DNA of 64,000 nt from Felis catus (taxonomy: Eukaryota). The notes below the pieces were generated by a model. The model did no database searches, was not told the DNA's origin, and was given only the letters and a program-made list of their open reading frames with translations. The position numbers and the translations under genes are program-made. The stretch is from the NCBI RefSeq assembly GCF_018350175.1, contig NC_058383.1, positions 5,954,001 through 6,018,000 of the forward strand, written 5' to 3'. Below are positions 31,201 through 41,790 of the stretch, one piece after another (the first letter of the stretch is position 1; each line of letters opens with the position of its first letter).

Positions 31201-34200
31201 CCTCCAGATGAATAGCACTGATTGGGACACAGAAAGCAGACCCCGAGCTTCTTGGATTCCCCCAGAGCTGGCTGGGGCTGGACTCCAGTCTCCTCGGAGG
31301 GGGAGGGGGCAGTGGTGGCAGCGGCCCAGCAGGGTACAAACTGAGATCAACACCAGATTCCCAGCTCTCCTGCGGGGAGCAGCTTCTCTGCAGAGACCTC
31401 AAAATCTTTGTCCCAGTCATGACGCGGTTGAGCCACTGAAAAAATGGAAATTTCTACCCCTAAAACTCTCTGGACACTCTTGTGGTGTTTTAAAGTCAGA
31501 ATTCTTGGCTTTTGACAAATTGAAGTTCATTCTAATGCTGTTTTCCAGGGCCCTGCCCAATGCCCCCTTGATGAGCAGCCTCAAAAGTGTGCAACACCAT
31601 GGGCTGTGGAGGCCAGGGGTCAATTATTTTTATTTGCTCATAAGAAGCTACGAATCCAATAAATGGTAGATGAAATAAGTAAGAAATGTCTTTGCATCAT
31701 GAAACAAGGAGCCTGGGGAGGGCTACCCATGGATGTCATCAGAAATCCAGATTATTTCTACACTCCTACTTTGCCATCCTTGGCATGGGGATTTGACCTC
31801 ATGGTTACAAGATGGCTGCTACGCCTCCAGGTATCATACCTGGACTCCAGACAGAATTAAAGGGCAAAATTTGAAAGGCTGAATTTGCTCCAAGAGCTTC
31901 TTCCTGGTTCTTTTCGCTTACACGTCGGTGGCCAAAACTGGTCACTTGGTCACTTCTAGCTGCAAGGAAGTCTGACGAGATGAGTGTTTTAGCTTTCCAT
32001 TCTCTTTGGGAGAGAAAGAAAGCAGGTCGGGAATGGCTCTGGGCACCGGATGCTCTCTGGCTGCCAGAGACAGGCAGATCTGGCAACATCACTTACAATG
32101 ACCTTGCACAAAGTATTCCTTTGAACTTCTATTTATTCACTTGGAAAATGAGGACAATTACAGCGCCTCCCTCCCAGAGTCGCGATGCCTGGAATACAGA
32201 AAATAGTGAATACATGGTAAATATTATTTTAATTATTACAATGGGAAAACAATATTTATGTAAAAGGCAGGCAGCAGACCCAGTTAATATATTTCTGGAA
32301 AATTACCCAACTATCCCAAATCACACAGAAACGTATTCCAAAAGTCCCTGTAGAGGTAGCTTAGAGTTCTGCTTGAAGTGGCCTGAGGGTGAGGTGGAAA
32401 CCCCTAACCTGCTTCCCTCCGCAGCCTGTAGGGGAGCAGAGCAGGGAGGAAACAGGAGAGTGTGACCGGGGTGGGGCGCTCCCAGGGCCATAGCTCTGAG
32501 CCTGCCTGGCCCCTGCAGGACTCATGACCGGACGAGACAGAAGAGTGACAGAGCCGCAGGAACCCAGCCGCCTGCCTGGCCCACCCTTACCACCCCCCCA
32601 CCCCCCACAGAGCTGGGACCCTCCCCACCCCCACTCACTATGATGCATTTTTTTCTTGGAACAAACAGATGAAAGATGAAAGATGAAAGAAAGCTGGGGG
32701 CGGCTGGTCGGGCCACTGGAAACATCTCCGAGCAGGAAGCAGCAGCTGAACTGACTGCCCTTTGGAGCCGCGGGCTGCAGCCCTGGTTGCCCTGGGGTCC
32801 CGTGAGGATGAGAACCAGAGAATGAGAAGAGCAGGCAGGCTGAACTCCTGGGGAGGAAAGTTCCAGTCTTTGCTCCTCTGGCCCAGGGAGCCCCAAGGGG
32901 TCAAGAGTGGGAGAATGGACGGATCGACCATTGGGCGCCCCCAAGACCATTCTGGTTGGGGCTTGTCTCCTAGGAGCCCCGTCACCGCTGATCCTAAGGA
33001 AGGGACGTGGAAGTGTCCTGGGGTCGTGTAGAGGCAGCAGCCACAATCCGTGTGGGCCGAGTGGGTAGACGCAGTATCCGGGATGTTGTAGGTGCTCCAG
33101 AAATCGGGCTGGGGTGGCAGATGTCAGGTGCCGCTCCAGGAAATGCACACAGCCACTACTGAATTGGCTGGATGCCTGGCCTGACTCCCTCTGATGAGTG
33201 ACCTCTGTCCTGCCACCTCCCAGCTGGCCCGCCTCCTCCAGTGTGCCTTTGCAGCAGGAGAGCCAAAGGGGGACTAGAAACAGAGCATCCTGACTGGTGA
33301 GGTCACGCACGCCTAGTGAGCATACATTGAGCACCATCTGTGTGCACGGCCCTGGGCCAGAAGGGGTCAGCGCCCAGCGTTGGAGGCTGCCAAAGGTCTG
33401 TATGCAGCTCTCGATTTTCATTTAAAATCTGCTGTTTTTCATCTCCGGCACGTTCTTCTTAGAGACGACTCATGGAGTTAGTCGCTCAGAGAGACACAAA
33501 GGAGAAATTAAATTAGGAGTATTCCTGTCCTAATGGCAAATCCAAACAGACACCAAGCAGCTGGCTCTCTTGGGGAATCAGCCTCCCCACGTGAGGTTGG
33601 ATTTGGGAAAGAAACCAGAGGCTGTTAACTGACACATAGGGCCTCCTTCTGGGGCCTGTGGGCTAAGCTGGGACAGGGGGAATAGCGTCCATCCGTCCAT
33701 CCCTCCCCCTGCCAGCCCCCACCCATCCCCAGAGCCTGACCTATAAGCAGGTTTGACTCATTTATTTGAGCTTCTCATTAACCTCCAAGGTCATTCATGC
33801 CTCAGGCCCTTTGCACTTGCTCGGCCCTCAGCCAGGGAATGGGTTCTCCCCCAGATCTTCACAAGGCGCTTTCTCAGGCTTTAGCTGTCAGCACAAATGT
33901 CATGACGTCCTAACTAAGAGTGGTCACTCAACCCCTATGCCCTTTCTCCTGTTTTATTCTTTACTAACACTTACCTTGAGACGTCTCCTTCTCCGCTGCT
34001 GATTTGTTCACTATCCTCCTCCCTTCACCCGGGAACCGGTGTCGTGACCCCAGTACCCAGAAGGAACGTGCACGTGGTAGTGCTCAGTAAACATTATCGA
34101 GCAAATGAAAGAACGCTATTTGGCAGATCATATAACGGAGGCCCAGAGGCTAACAGAGTTGCCAAAGTCCACAAAATGAGTCAGTGCCAGGATTCAAATC

Positions 34201-35057
34201 CAGGTGTTGGGTCTCCACATCTCGTGTTCCTTCCATCTAGCCCCACTCTCTTGAAGTTTCCAGGCTTCTTCTTGTTTCTGTCATAACTTACCCCTCCTGG
34301 GTCCTGCTCCCTTGAGAAGGGCAGTGACCTTTGAAGCCAAGCATCCCACCTCCCTGGGAGGCGTCTGGTGCATCGACTGGGCCCAGAGGTTGGGCGGCGT
34401 GGCCTCTGAGCTCAGTTCTGTCACTCACAGCCGCTCGACCTTGTTAAGTCACTTACCATCTTGTGCCTCTGTTTCCCCTTCTGTAAACTGGGGGTGATAG
34501 TAATATTGCCCCTCTTAAAGAACGTGTAACAGTTAAATGAAGTCATACACATAGAGCCTCAGAACTGAGCCCTACACAGAGGAGCAACAAAGGAACGTCG
34601 CTGTCATTGTAGGGATGGCCTGTCCTCCTAGCCGTCTTGCCCTGAAGGCCACACGGCATCTCCCGCCAACCCTCCACCCTCCCCACACGCCACTGCTCCC
34701 CTCAGCTGCAGCACCTGCCACGATCCCCGAAGCCAACGAACTAACGAACCACATCCTCCTGGTGGGAATGCTTTCTTTCCTCGGAAAATGCCTCTCCACA
34801 GCCGCCTCCTCTGAGAAGCCTTCCTGGATTCCCAGCCCCGCAGCAAGCTAACACTGGAGCGATACCACAGGGAGGTCAGGTGGCAGGGAGCCAACTCACA
34901 AGCCACGTGGAGCCATTTTAGAAGCAAATCCTCCAGCCCCGGGTGAGACTTGCCACTGATGTCTCAACTGCAATCACCTGGACCCTAAGCTGGAACCACC
35001 CAGCTGCATCACTCCCAAGTTCCCAAGCCACAGAAAGCAAGATCATAAGTACTCTTG

Positions 35058-35092
35058 CGGGTAATGTTTGTTTGTTGGTTGGTTTATATATT

Positions 35093-35145
<53 letters not shown>

Positions 35146-35874
35146 ATCAATCTATCTATCTAGATTTATTTATTTAATTTTTGTCCAAAGCTTTTATTCC
35201 CATGCTTGGTACAGTATCCATACAAGCAGCTGGCCCTAAACGGTAGCTGTTCTCAAATAGGTCACTGCCCCACCTCGGCCAGGTGAGTTAAATTCACGCA
35301 GCCTCAGGACCGAGACCAGCTCCTGTCAAGTAGACCGCGGTCCTCAAACTGCTCCCGGCCCCTCACTGCCCTCCCTTCGGGGCCCCCCACGACGCGGTTA
35401 ACCCGCAGGTCCCGATGATCACGGAGAGGACAGCACTTCCACAAAAGGAACAGGAACGTGCGGACACGGAGTAGCAGGGCCTATAGGACGTCTCCCCGGG
35501 GCCCCTTCCACAAGGACCCCCACCCGCTCGCAGCCGGGTGTCCTCGTGTAGCTCACGGTTATAAGGGCCGCCGGGGGGGGGGAGGACCTGGCGGGTCCAG
35601 TTATGCGCAAGCGCATGCGTGCAGCCTGAACCCGGCGCCACGCGCAGGCGCGGCAGGGGCTCAAAGGCAGCGCGTAATGTTTATTTATTTTTGAGAGAGA
35701 GAGAGAGGGCGCAAGCGGCCGCGAAGAGAGAGAAGGAGAAGGAGAATCCCGAGCGGGCTCGGCACTGTTAGCGCAGAGCCCAACACGGGGCTCGAACTCA
35801 CCGACTGTGAGATCATGACCTGAGCCGAAACCAAGAGTCGGATGCTTAACCCACCGAGCCACCCAGGCGCCTCG
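35058..35874 (-). mobile_element. Composite retro-insertion: Can-SINE (35675-35873) + CpG-rich unique cargo (35183-35674) + AATAAA + decayed A-tail
   Basis: 12-bp TSD TAAGTACTCTTG at 35046-35057 and 35875-35886; minus-strand AATAAA at 35193-35198; A-rich/(GATA)n tail at 35062-35182. Confidence 0.8.
35094..35145. repeat. (TATC)13 tetranucleotide microsatellite
   Basis: Thirteen uninterrupted TATC units, then a degenerate continuation to ~35162. Confidence 0.97.
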
Positions 35875-36550
35875 TAAGTACTCTTGTTTTAAGCCAAGTG
35901 TTGGGATGACTTTTTAATGCCGCAATAGATGATTAATGTCGCGTATAAAACCCCACCAGAGGGCATTGCACGCTGATGGGGTGACTGGGAGGTGGTGCTC
36001 CGCCCGAGTCCTGGGGTGTCCCCACGGGATTACTTCCTGTATCTCACTCTCCCACCCCATACCCTTCCCTCCCAAATAAGCCACTTGTCCTCAAATCCTT
36101 GTCTCTGAGTCAGCTTCTAGAGGCCCAAACGAAGACACAGGGAAAGTCAGTCTTCACCATGTGGTCCTGCCTCCTCTCTGAGTATCACTGCCTGGGAGGG
36201 GGGGGGGGGGGCTGCACACACACAGCTCATCCAGCCCTGAGGGCCTGCTTCTTCTATGGGTCTCTCACCTCCCCAGGAAACTCACCTCCTCTTTCCTGAG
36301 CAGAAAATCCCTCCTGAATCCAGGCTGGTGTCAGCACTCAAGGCCTGAAGATCCCAAGGGCACCCACACCCTTCCCTGTCCACTCCTGTTCCCAGCATGC
36401 GTCCGAGTTCCTACCAGTGTAGAGAATCTGCCCTTCACTCCCACTCTGCAGCTGGCATAGATACAGTCTCCCCACAGTGGATTAGTTTTCAAATGCATGG
36501 AGATGGTGTGATAAATAACTTTTAAATTCTTTTTTAAAATGTGGGGTGCC

Positions 36551-36779
36551 GGGGCGCCTGGGTGGCGCAGTCGGTTAAGCGTCCGACTTCAGTCAGGTCG
36601 CGATCTCGCGGTCCGTGAGTTCGAGCCCCGCGTCAGGCTCTGGGCTGATGGCTCAGAGCCTGGAGCCTGTTTCCGATATCTGTGTCTCCCTCTCTCTCTG
36701 CCCCTCCCCCGTTCGTGCTCTGTCTCTCTCTGTCCCAAAAATAAATAAACATTGAAAAAAAAATTTTAAAAAAAATAAA
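36551..36779 (+). mobile_element. Young felid Can-SINE
   Basis: Perfect 16-bp TSD TAAAATGTGGGGTGCC at 36535-36550 and 36780-36795; CpG-intact. Confidence 0.96.
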
Positions 36780-36795
36780 TAAAATGTGGGGTGCC

Positions 36796-37260
36796 TTTGC
36801 ACCCCAATGTTTATGGTGGCACTATTGACAATAGCCAATGTATGGGAAGAGCCCAAATGTCTATCAACAGATGAATGGATAAAGAAGAGGTGAGATATAT
36901 GTGTATATACACAGTGGAATATTAGCAATAAAAAAGAATGAAATCTTGCCATTTGCAACAATGAGGGTGGAACTAGAGTGTAATATGCTAAGTGAAATTA
37001 GAGAAAGACAAATATACGACTTCACTCACGTAGAATTTAAGATACAGAACAGATGAACATAAGGGAAGCAAAAATAATATAAAAGCGGGGGGGGGGCAAA
37101 GCGTGAGAGACTCTTAAATATAGAGAACAAACTGAGGGTTGCTGCAGGGGTTGTGGGTGGGGGGATGGGCTAAATGGATAAGCGGCATTAAGGAATCTAC
37201 TCCTGAAATCATTGTTGCACTATATGCTAACTAACTGAGGTATAACTTTAAAAAAAAAAG
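36796..37260 (+). mobile_element. Carnivore L1 3' end
   Basis: gcaccccaatgtttat...gaatgaaatcttgccatttgcaac...gagaacaaactgagggttgctg...A-tail. Confidence 0.9.
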
Positions 37261-37914
37261 TGTGCCTGAATTCATTCGAATAGCTGTTCTCTACTGGTGT
37301 CTCCATCCACAGGCTAAGTGGATTTTTCTGACATTACAAAGGGGTCCTCCCCCTGATTAAGGTTGGGGCCCCGTGGTGCAACATAGGCCATTAACCCAGG
37401 GTAGCAGTGTGGTGACAGCCGTGGGCAGTGCCAGTTCAGGAAGGGAATTGGGAGTTGGGGGAGGCTACCTCACAGGTGATGTCCAGGTTTCCCAGGATAC
37501 GTGACACTCCAAATGGCGATCTTGCTGCCAGACGTGGGGTCTGATTTGTGTTCTGAAGTTGAGGTCACTGAGGCCTCGGTGGCATCTGTGTCAGCGGTCC
37601 CTGTGTCAGGACTTTTTGCCTCGGTCCTGGTTGTTGACTTTTCTACTCTTGATTTGGGGGGGGTGGGCTGCAGCATCTGGGACCCCCAACAGGTCTGTTG
37701 TCTACAGTTGTGCAGGGTCATAGACACATGGTCCTAGAGGATTCCATGCACGGGGATTTCTCCAGAGCATTCCTGCCTTCCTGCTATTCTCATGCTTTTC
37801 ATTTGCTTGTCCGTGTCCCTCCAACCCCGAGCCCCATGTGAGCTGAGTCTTTATCACCCCTGTGCTGCGTGCCCAGCTGAGGCCGGGCCATCAACACGGC
37901 CACCAGAACCATCA

Positions 37915-38331
37915 CACCAGCCACACGTGTGATCTAAATTCTCTAAGAGCCATTTTAAAACAGCAAATGCAGCAGAGGAGAAGGATTTTAATATTATATT
38001 TTATGTAATCCAAAATACCCAAAATGCTTATCATTCCAGCATATGATCAATGTAAGATTTATTAATGAAATGTTTTACTTACTGCATATCCCTATTCAGA
38101 CCCCTAAATTTTCACCAGAAACACCTGATCTGTATTTAGACTTCATAAAATTTGTGGTTGAAAAAAACAGATTCATGGGGCGCCTGGGTGGCTCAGTTGG
38201 TTAAGCGTCTGACTTCTGCTCAGGTCATGATCTTGCAGTTCGTGGGGTCGAGCCCCGCGTTGGGCTCTGACAGCACAGAGCCTGGAGCCTGTTCAGATTC
38301 TGTGTCTCCTCCTCTCTCTGCACCTCCCCCA

Positions 38332-38371
<40 letters not shown>

Positions 38372-38625
38372 AGTAAACATTAAAAAAAAATTTTTTTTAA
38401 GCAGATTCAAATGTCCAAGTTGTTCCAAACATCCTTGAGGGTTTTCCAAGAACTGTGTCAAGCATCTACTTTAACATTTAAATGAATACAAAACAAACAA
38501 AAATTTTAAATGAAGCATTCAGCTCCTTGGTCACTCTAACAACATTTGGGGCCAGTGACCACTATAACTGGGCAGCGTAGATCGAGAACATCCCACTGGG
38601 CAGAGACTTCTGTTGGACACAACAG
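37915..38625. mobile_element. hAT-Charlie DNA transposon remnant (MER3/MER33/Charlie-like), split by a SINE
   Basis: gccacacgtgtgatctaaattctcta...tattatattttatgtaatccaaaatacccaaaat...ttctgttggacac. Confidence 0.6.
38177..38400 (+). mobile_element. Can-SINE
   Basis: Full head; TSD ending cagattca on both sides. Confidence 0.93.
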
Positions 38626-39897
38626 ATCCCAGCCTTTGTGTTCTTTGGACAGGGGTGCTTATTAACAATGAATTGGGACCCGTCTGGATGCTGACTCGGA
38701 CCCTCACCTCACCCCCGAGGGGTTTGGGGTGGAGACGCACGCTCCGCCTGGCACCCCCATCTGTGAAACTCGTAATGCCTTTACAACCCTCAAACACAAT
38801 TCTGCAAACGACGTGGGCAAGAAAGCCCAGAATGAGAAGGTGGATTGATTCAATATTCCCCCTAGACCTTTGTGTTCCAGATGGGGCCTTGGAACCTAAA
38901 CATTTCAATATGCTCTTCAGAGACCAATGCTTCCAAGAACGTGTGGAAAAGCAAAGTCTGAGACCAGCGCATCTTTAAACATTTCCCGGGTGGGGCCCAT
39001 CTAGTTCATTTCTGGTGACACTTAAGGGCGGTGAGGGGCTGTCTGCCCATTAAGCCGGCCACAGGCTGCCGCTTTAATTTACTTTCCGCTATTTCGGGGC
39101 CTTGGTCTGCTTGTGTGGATTTTCTCTTAGCCTCAAACAAATAAATAATTCATCCCCAAAGTGGCACATTTGCTGGTATTGCTTAGATTAAAATCCCTAA
39201 AATATGTATTTCATTTGGATTTGGTGGGGCCGTTATCAGTCTCAGATAGCACTGGAGCTAAAATAAAATCTGGAGCTCTTATGAGATAACCCACAAGTCA
39301 ACTCCGGACGTTCTCTGAATCTGGATTCTTCTCACTGTGGTCTCTCCTAATGACAGGCCTGGAGACAGCAAGTGGCGGTGTTTTTATAGCGCAAGCTGGT
39401 CCTCTGGCTGAGTCCTCCTAATTACCGTGTTGGAGGGCATGTAGCACCTGCTTCCTGTGCTTGTAGAACTGAGGAAATGTGCTATGTAATATTTATGGTT
39501 CCTGTAGAAATCACAGAATAATTTGTGGTGCCTAGCATTTGGTGGTGTTTGCAGTAGAGGCTCCCAGCCTTCGAGAAGGTGCACCCTCCCTGCCGCCTTC
39601 ACCGGGGTCAGGCACACCTGCCCGGGGATCGTGCCCTCCTTAGGGGCGTGTGGCCGGGCTCTCCTGGCGGCACTGGCCTGGGAATTTGGGTCAGTGGTGG
39701 GATTAAAACCCCATTTAAAGATGCTCAGAAACGTGTTAGCCTCCGGCAAATTCATTTGGAATCCTCACAACTGTCCTGCGTTGACCTTCATCGTGTGTCT
39801 GGCAGAAGCCGGAAGAAACCAGGGAGGAGGGGAGAGTCTTGAAGATGGTAAAGGTGGAGGGGAGAGGGGGACCCCAGGAGACCCAAGATTCTGCCAG

Positions 39898-39967
39898 CCT
39901 TCCTCCTTCTCTCCTTCCCTTCCTCCCTTCCTCCCTTCCTCCCTTCCTCCCTTCCTCCCTTCCTTCC
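39898..39967. repeat. (CCTT/CCTC)n pyrimidine-only tract
   Basis: About 70 nt of only C and T on the + strand. Confidence 0.9.
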
Positions 39968-39992
39968 TGTAACATTAAAAACTTTTTTAGAT

Positions 39993-40192
39993 GGGGCAGC
40001 TGGGTGGCTCAGTCGGTTAAGGGGCTGACTTCGGCTCGGGTCATGATCTTGCAGTTTGTGAGTTCGAGCCCCGTGTCGGGCTCTGCACTGACGGCTCAGA
40101 GTCTGGAGCCTGCTTCAGATTCTGGGTCTCCCCCTCTCTCTCTATCCCTCCCCCACTCACACTCTGTCTCTCAAAAAAAAATGTTAAAAATT
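39993..40192 (+). mobile_element. Can-SINE
   Basis: Full head and A-tail; lies in the tail of an older SINE. Confidence 0.92.
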
Positions 40193-40210
40193 TTACAAAA
40201 TTTTTTTTTA

Positions 40211-40424
40211 ATTTTTTTTTTCAACGTTTATTTATTTTTGGGACACAGAGAGACAGAGCATGAACGGGGGAGGGGCAGAGAGAGAGGGAGACACAGAATC
40301 GGAAACAGGCTCCAGGCTCTGAGCCATCAGCCCAGAGCCCGACGCGGGGCTCGAACCCACGGACCGCGAGATCGTGACCTGGCTGAAGTCGGACGCTTAA
40401 CCGACTGCGCCACCCAGGCGCCCC
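40211..40424 (-). mobile_element. Young felid Can-SINE
   Basis: CpG-intact; TSD tacaaaa(t)8-9aa at ~40194-40211 and 40425-40441. Confidence 0.95.
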
Positions 40425-40432
40425 TACAAAAT

Positions 40433-40620
40433 TTTTTTTAAATGTTAATTTATTTATTTTGAAAGAGGGAGAGCGGGGGGGGGGGCAGAGAGAGAGAGAG
40501 AGAGAGAGAATCCCAGGCAGGCTCCAAACTGCCAACACAGAGCCCCACATGGGGCTCCAACTAACAAACTGTGAGATCGTGACCTGAGCTGAAATCAAGA
40601 GTTGGACACCCAGGTGTCCC
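40433..40620 (-). mobile_element. Can-SINE with a small deletion in the head
   Basis: Outer TSD CTTCCTGTAACATT at 39963-39976 and 40621-40634. Confidence 0.9.
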
Positions 40621-40649
40621 CTTCCTGTAACATTTAATAAATACCTACT

Positions 40650-40777
40650 AGGGGCACCTGGGTGGCTCAGTTGGTTAAGCGTCCGACTCTTGGTTTTGGC
40701 TCAGGTTATGATCTGACAGCTTTGTGGGTTCGAGCCCCACATTGGGCTCTGTGCTGGCAGCATGGAGCCTGCTTGGG

Positions 40778-40842
<65 letters not shown>

Positions 40843-40880
40843 TACTGCCTTTCCTCCACTTGTGCTGTCTCTGTCTCTCT
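40650..40880 (+). mobile_element. Can-SINE with long (CT)n
   Basis: Degenerate TSD taataaatacctacta / tagtaagtacccacta. Confidence 0.92.
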
Positions 40881-41371
40881 CAAAATAAACTTTAAAAAAA
40901 TTTTAGTAAGTACCCACTACGTGCCAAGTACCCATAAAGATACCAAATATCACCAACGACACAGCCACGTCCTTGAAGCACACGGTCAAGAAGCACACGG
41001 CCTGGAGGAGGGGAGTTACCCTCAGGAATCACACATGTAAATGCACAGTGGTGCCAAGTGCTACAGAGAAGCATTCAAATGCCTGTTTCTTGAAGTTAGA
41101 GGCCGGGGCAGTACAGGTTTTGGTCCTCACTGGCCTGATACCCACGCGGGTGCAGGGCAAGGCCTCTGTGCGTGCCGGCACTGTGACGCCCAGCCCGTCA
41201 ACGTCCGCGTCATCGATGCCTTCATTCACTCCCTCCATCCACCAGCACTCGCTGTGCGGGCCCCGTGCTGGGCGCTCACAGGCGACCCTAACCCAGCTAG
41301 GAGACACCAGTGGCAGGGGTGAGCTGTGGAGGGTGAGGCCTCGTGCTCAGGGAGGAGAAGGGGGGGGGTCA

Positions 41372-41790
41372 GTGTGGACAAAAATGAAGGCCCCCCCAAA
41401 TGAGGACCAGTCACGGCTATTTATTCAGAGCCTCCTAAAGCAAATAAACCCGTCATTCGTGTTTGGCAGAGATGCAAAGGCGGGCAGCGGGGTGGTGGAG
41501 TTTTACAAGGGGCCACAGGGAAGACTCAGACTTGCCCTGGCTGGGGGGCCTGAGGAAGCTGGAGGCGGGCTCCCTAGAAGTGGGACATTCTATGTGATCG
41601 GTTAGGGGGCCGTATTTGGCTTTCTCTGGTTTGTCCTAAGTTGGAATCAGGAACAAAAACGAGCGAAGCGGCCAGCCGATGAAGTCCTGGCCGTCTGGGG
41701 CCCGTTGCTGCGGGGGGGTTCAAGTTCTGTCTTCACATACGGTCTGGCCTCTGGTTGGCATTTCAGTCTCTCCTCTTGAGTTCCCGTGCT
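41372..41790 (-). mobile_element. Probable ERV solo LTR (family not assigned)
   Basis: Starts tgtggacaaaaatg..., has tttatt (antisense poly(A) signal) at ~41420 and LTR-like composition. Confidence 0.5.

Larger units (their letters stand above)
34860..35940 (+). mobile_element. MLT1-type LTR 3' part, interrupted by the composite insertion
   Basis: ...accacccagctg...cccaagccacagaaagcaagatcataagtactcttg [insert] taagtactcttgttttaagccaagtgttggg...gcaatagat continues the LTR end. Confidence 0.7.

Noticed and set aside
32522..33421. Longest ORF in the track (299 aa, minus strand)
   Set aside because: No recognisable domain, low-complexity composition typical of chance ORFs in GC-rich DNA, and no splice or poly(A) support.
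35363..35862. ORFs crossing the composite insertion (147 aa and 92 aa, minus strand)
   Set aside because: Non-ATG starts, one beginning inside the SINE, and no recognisable protein; the cargo is not supported as a coding retrogene.
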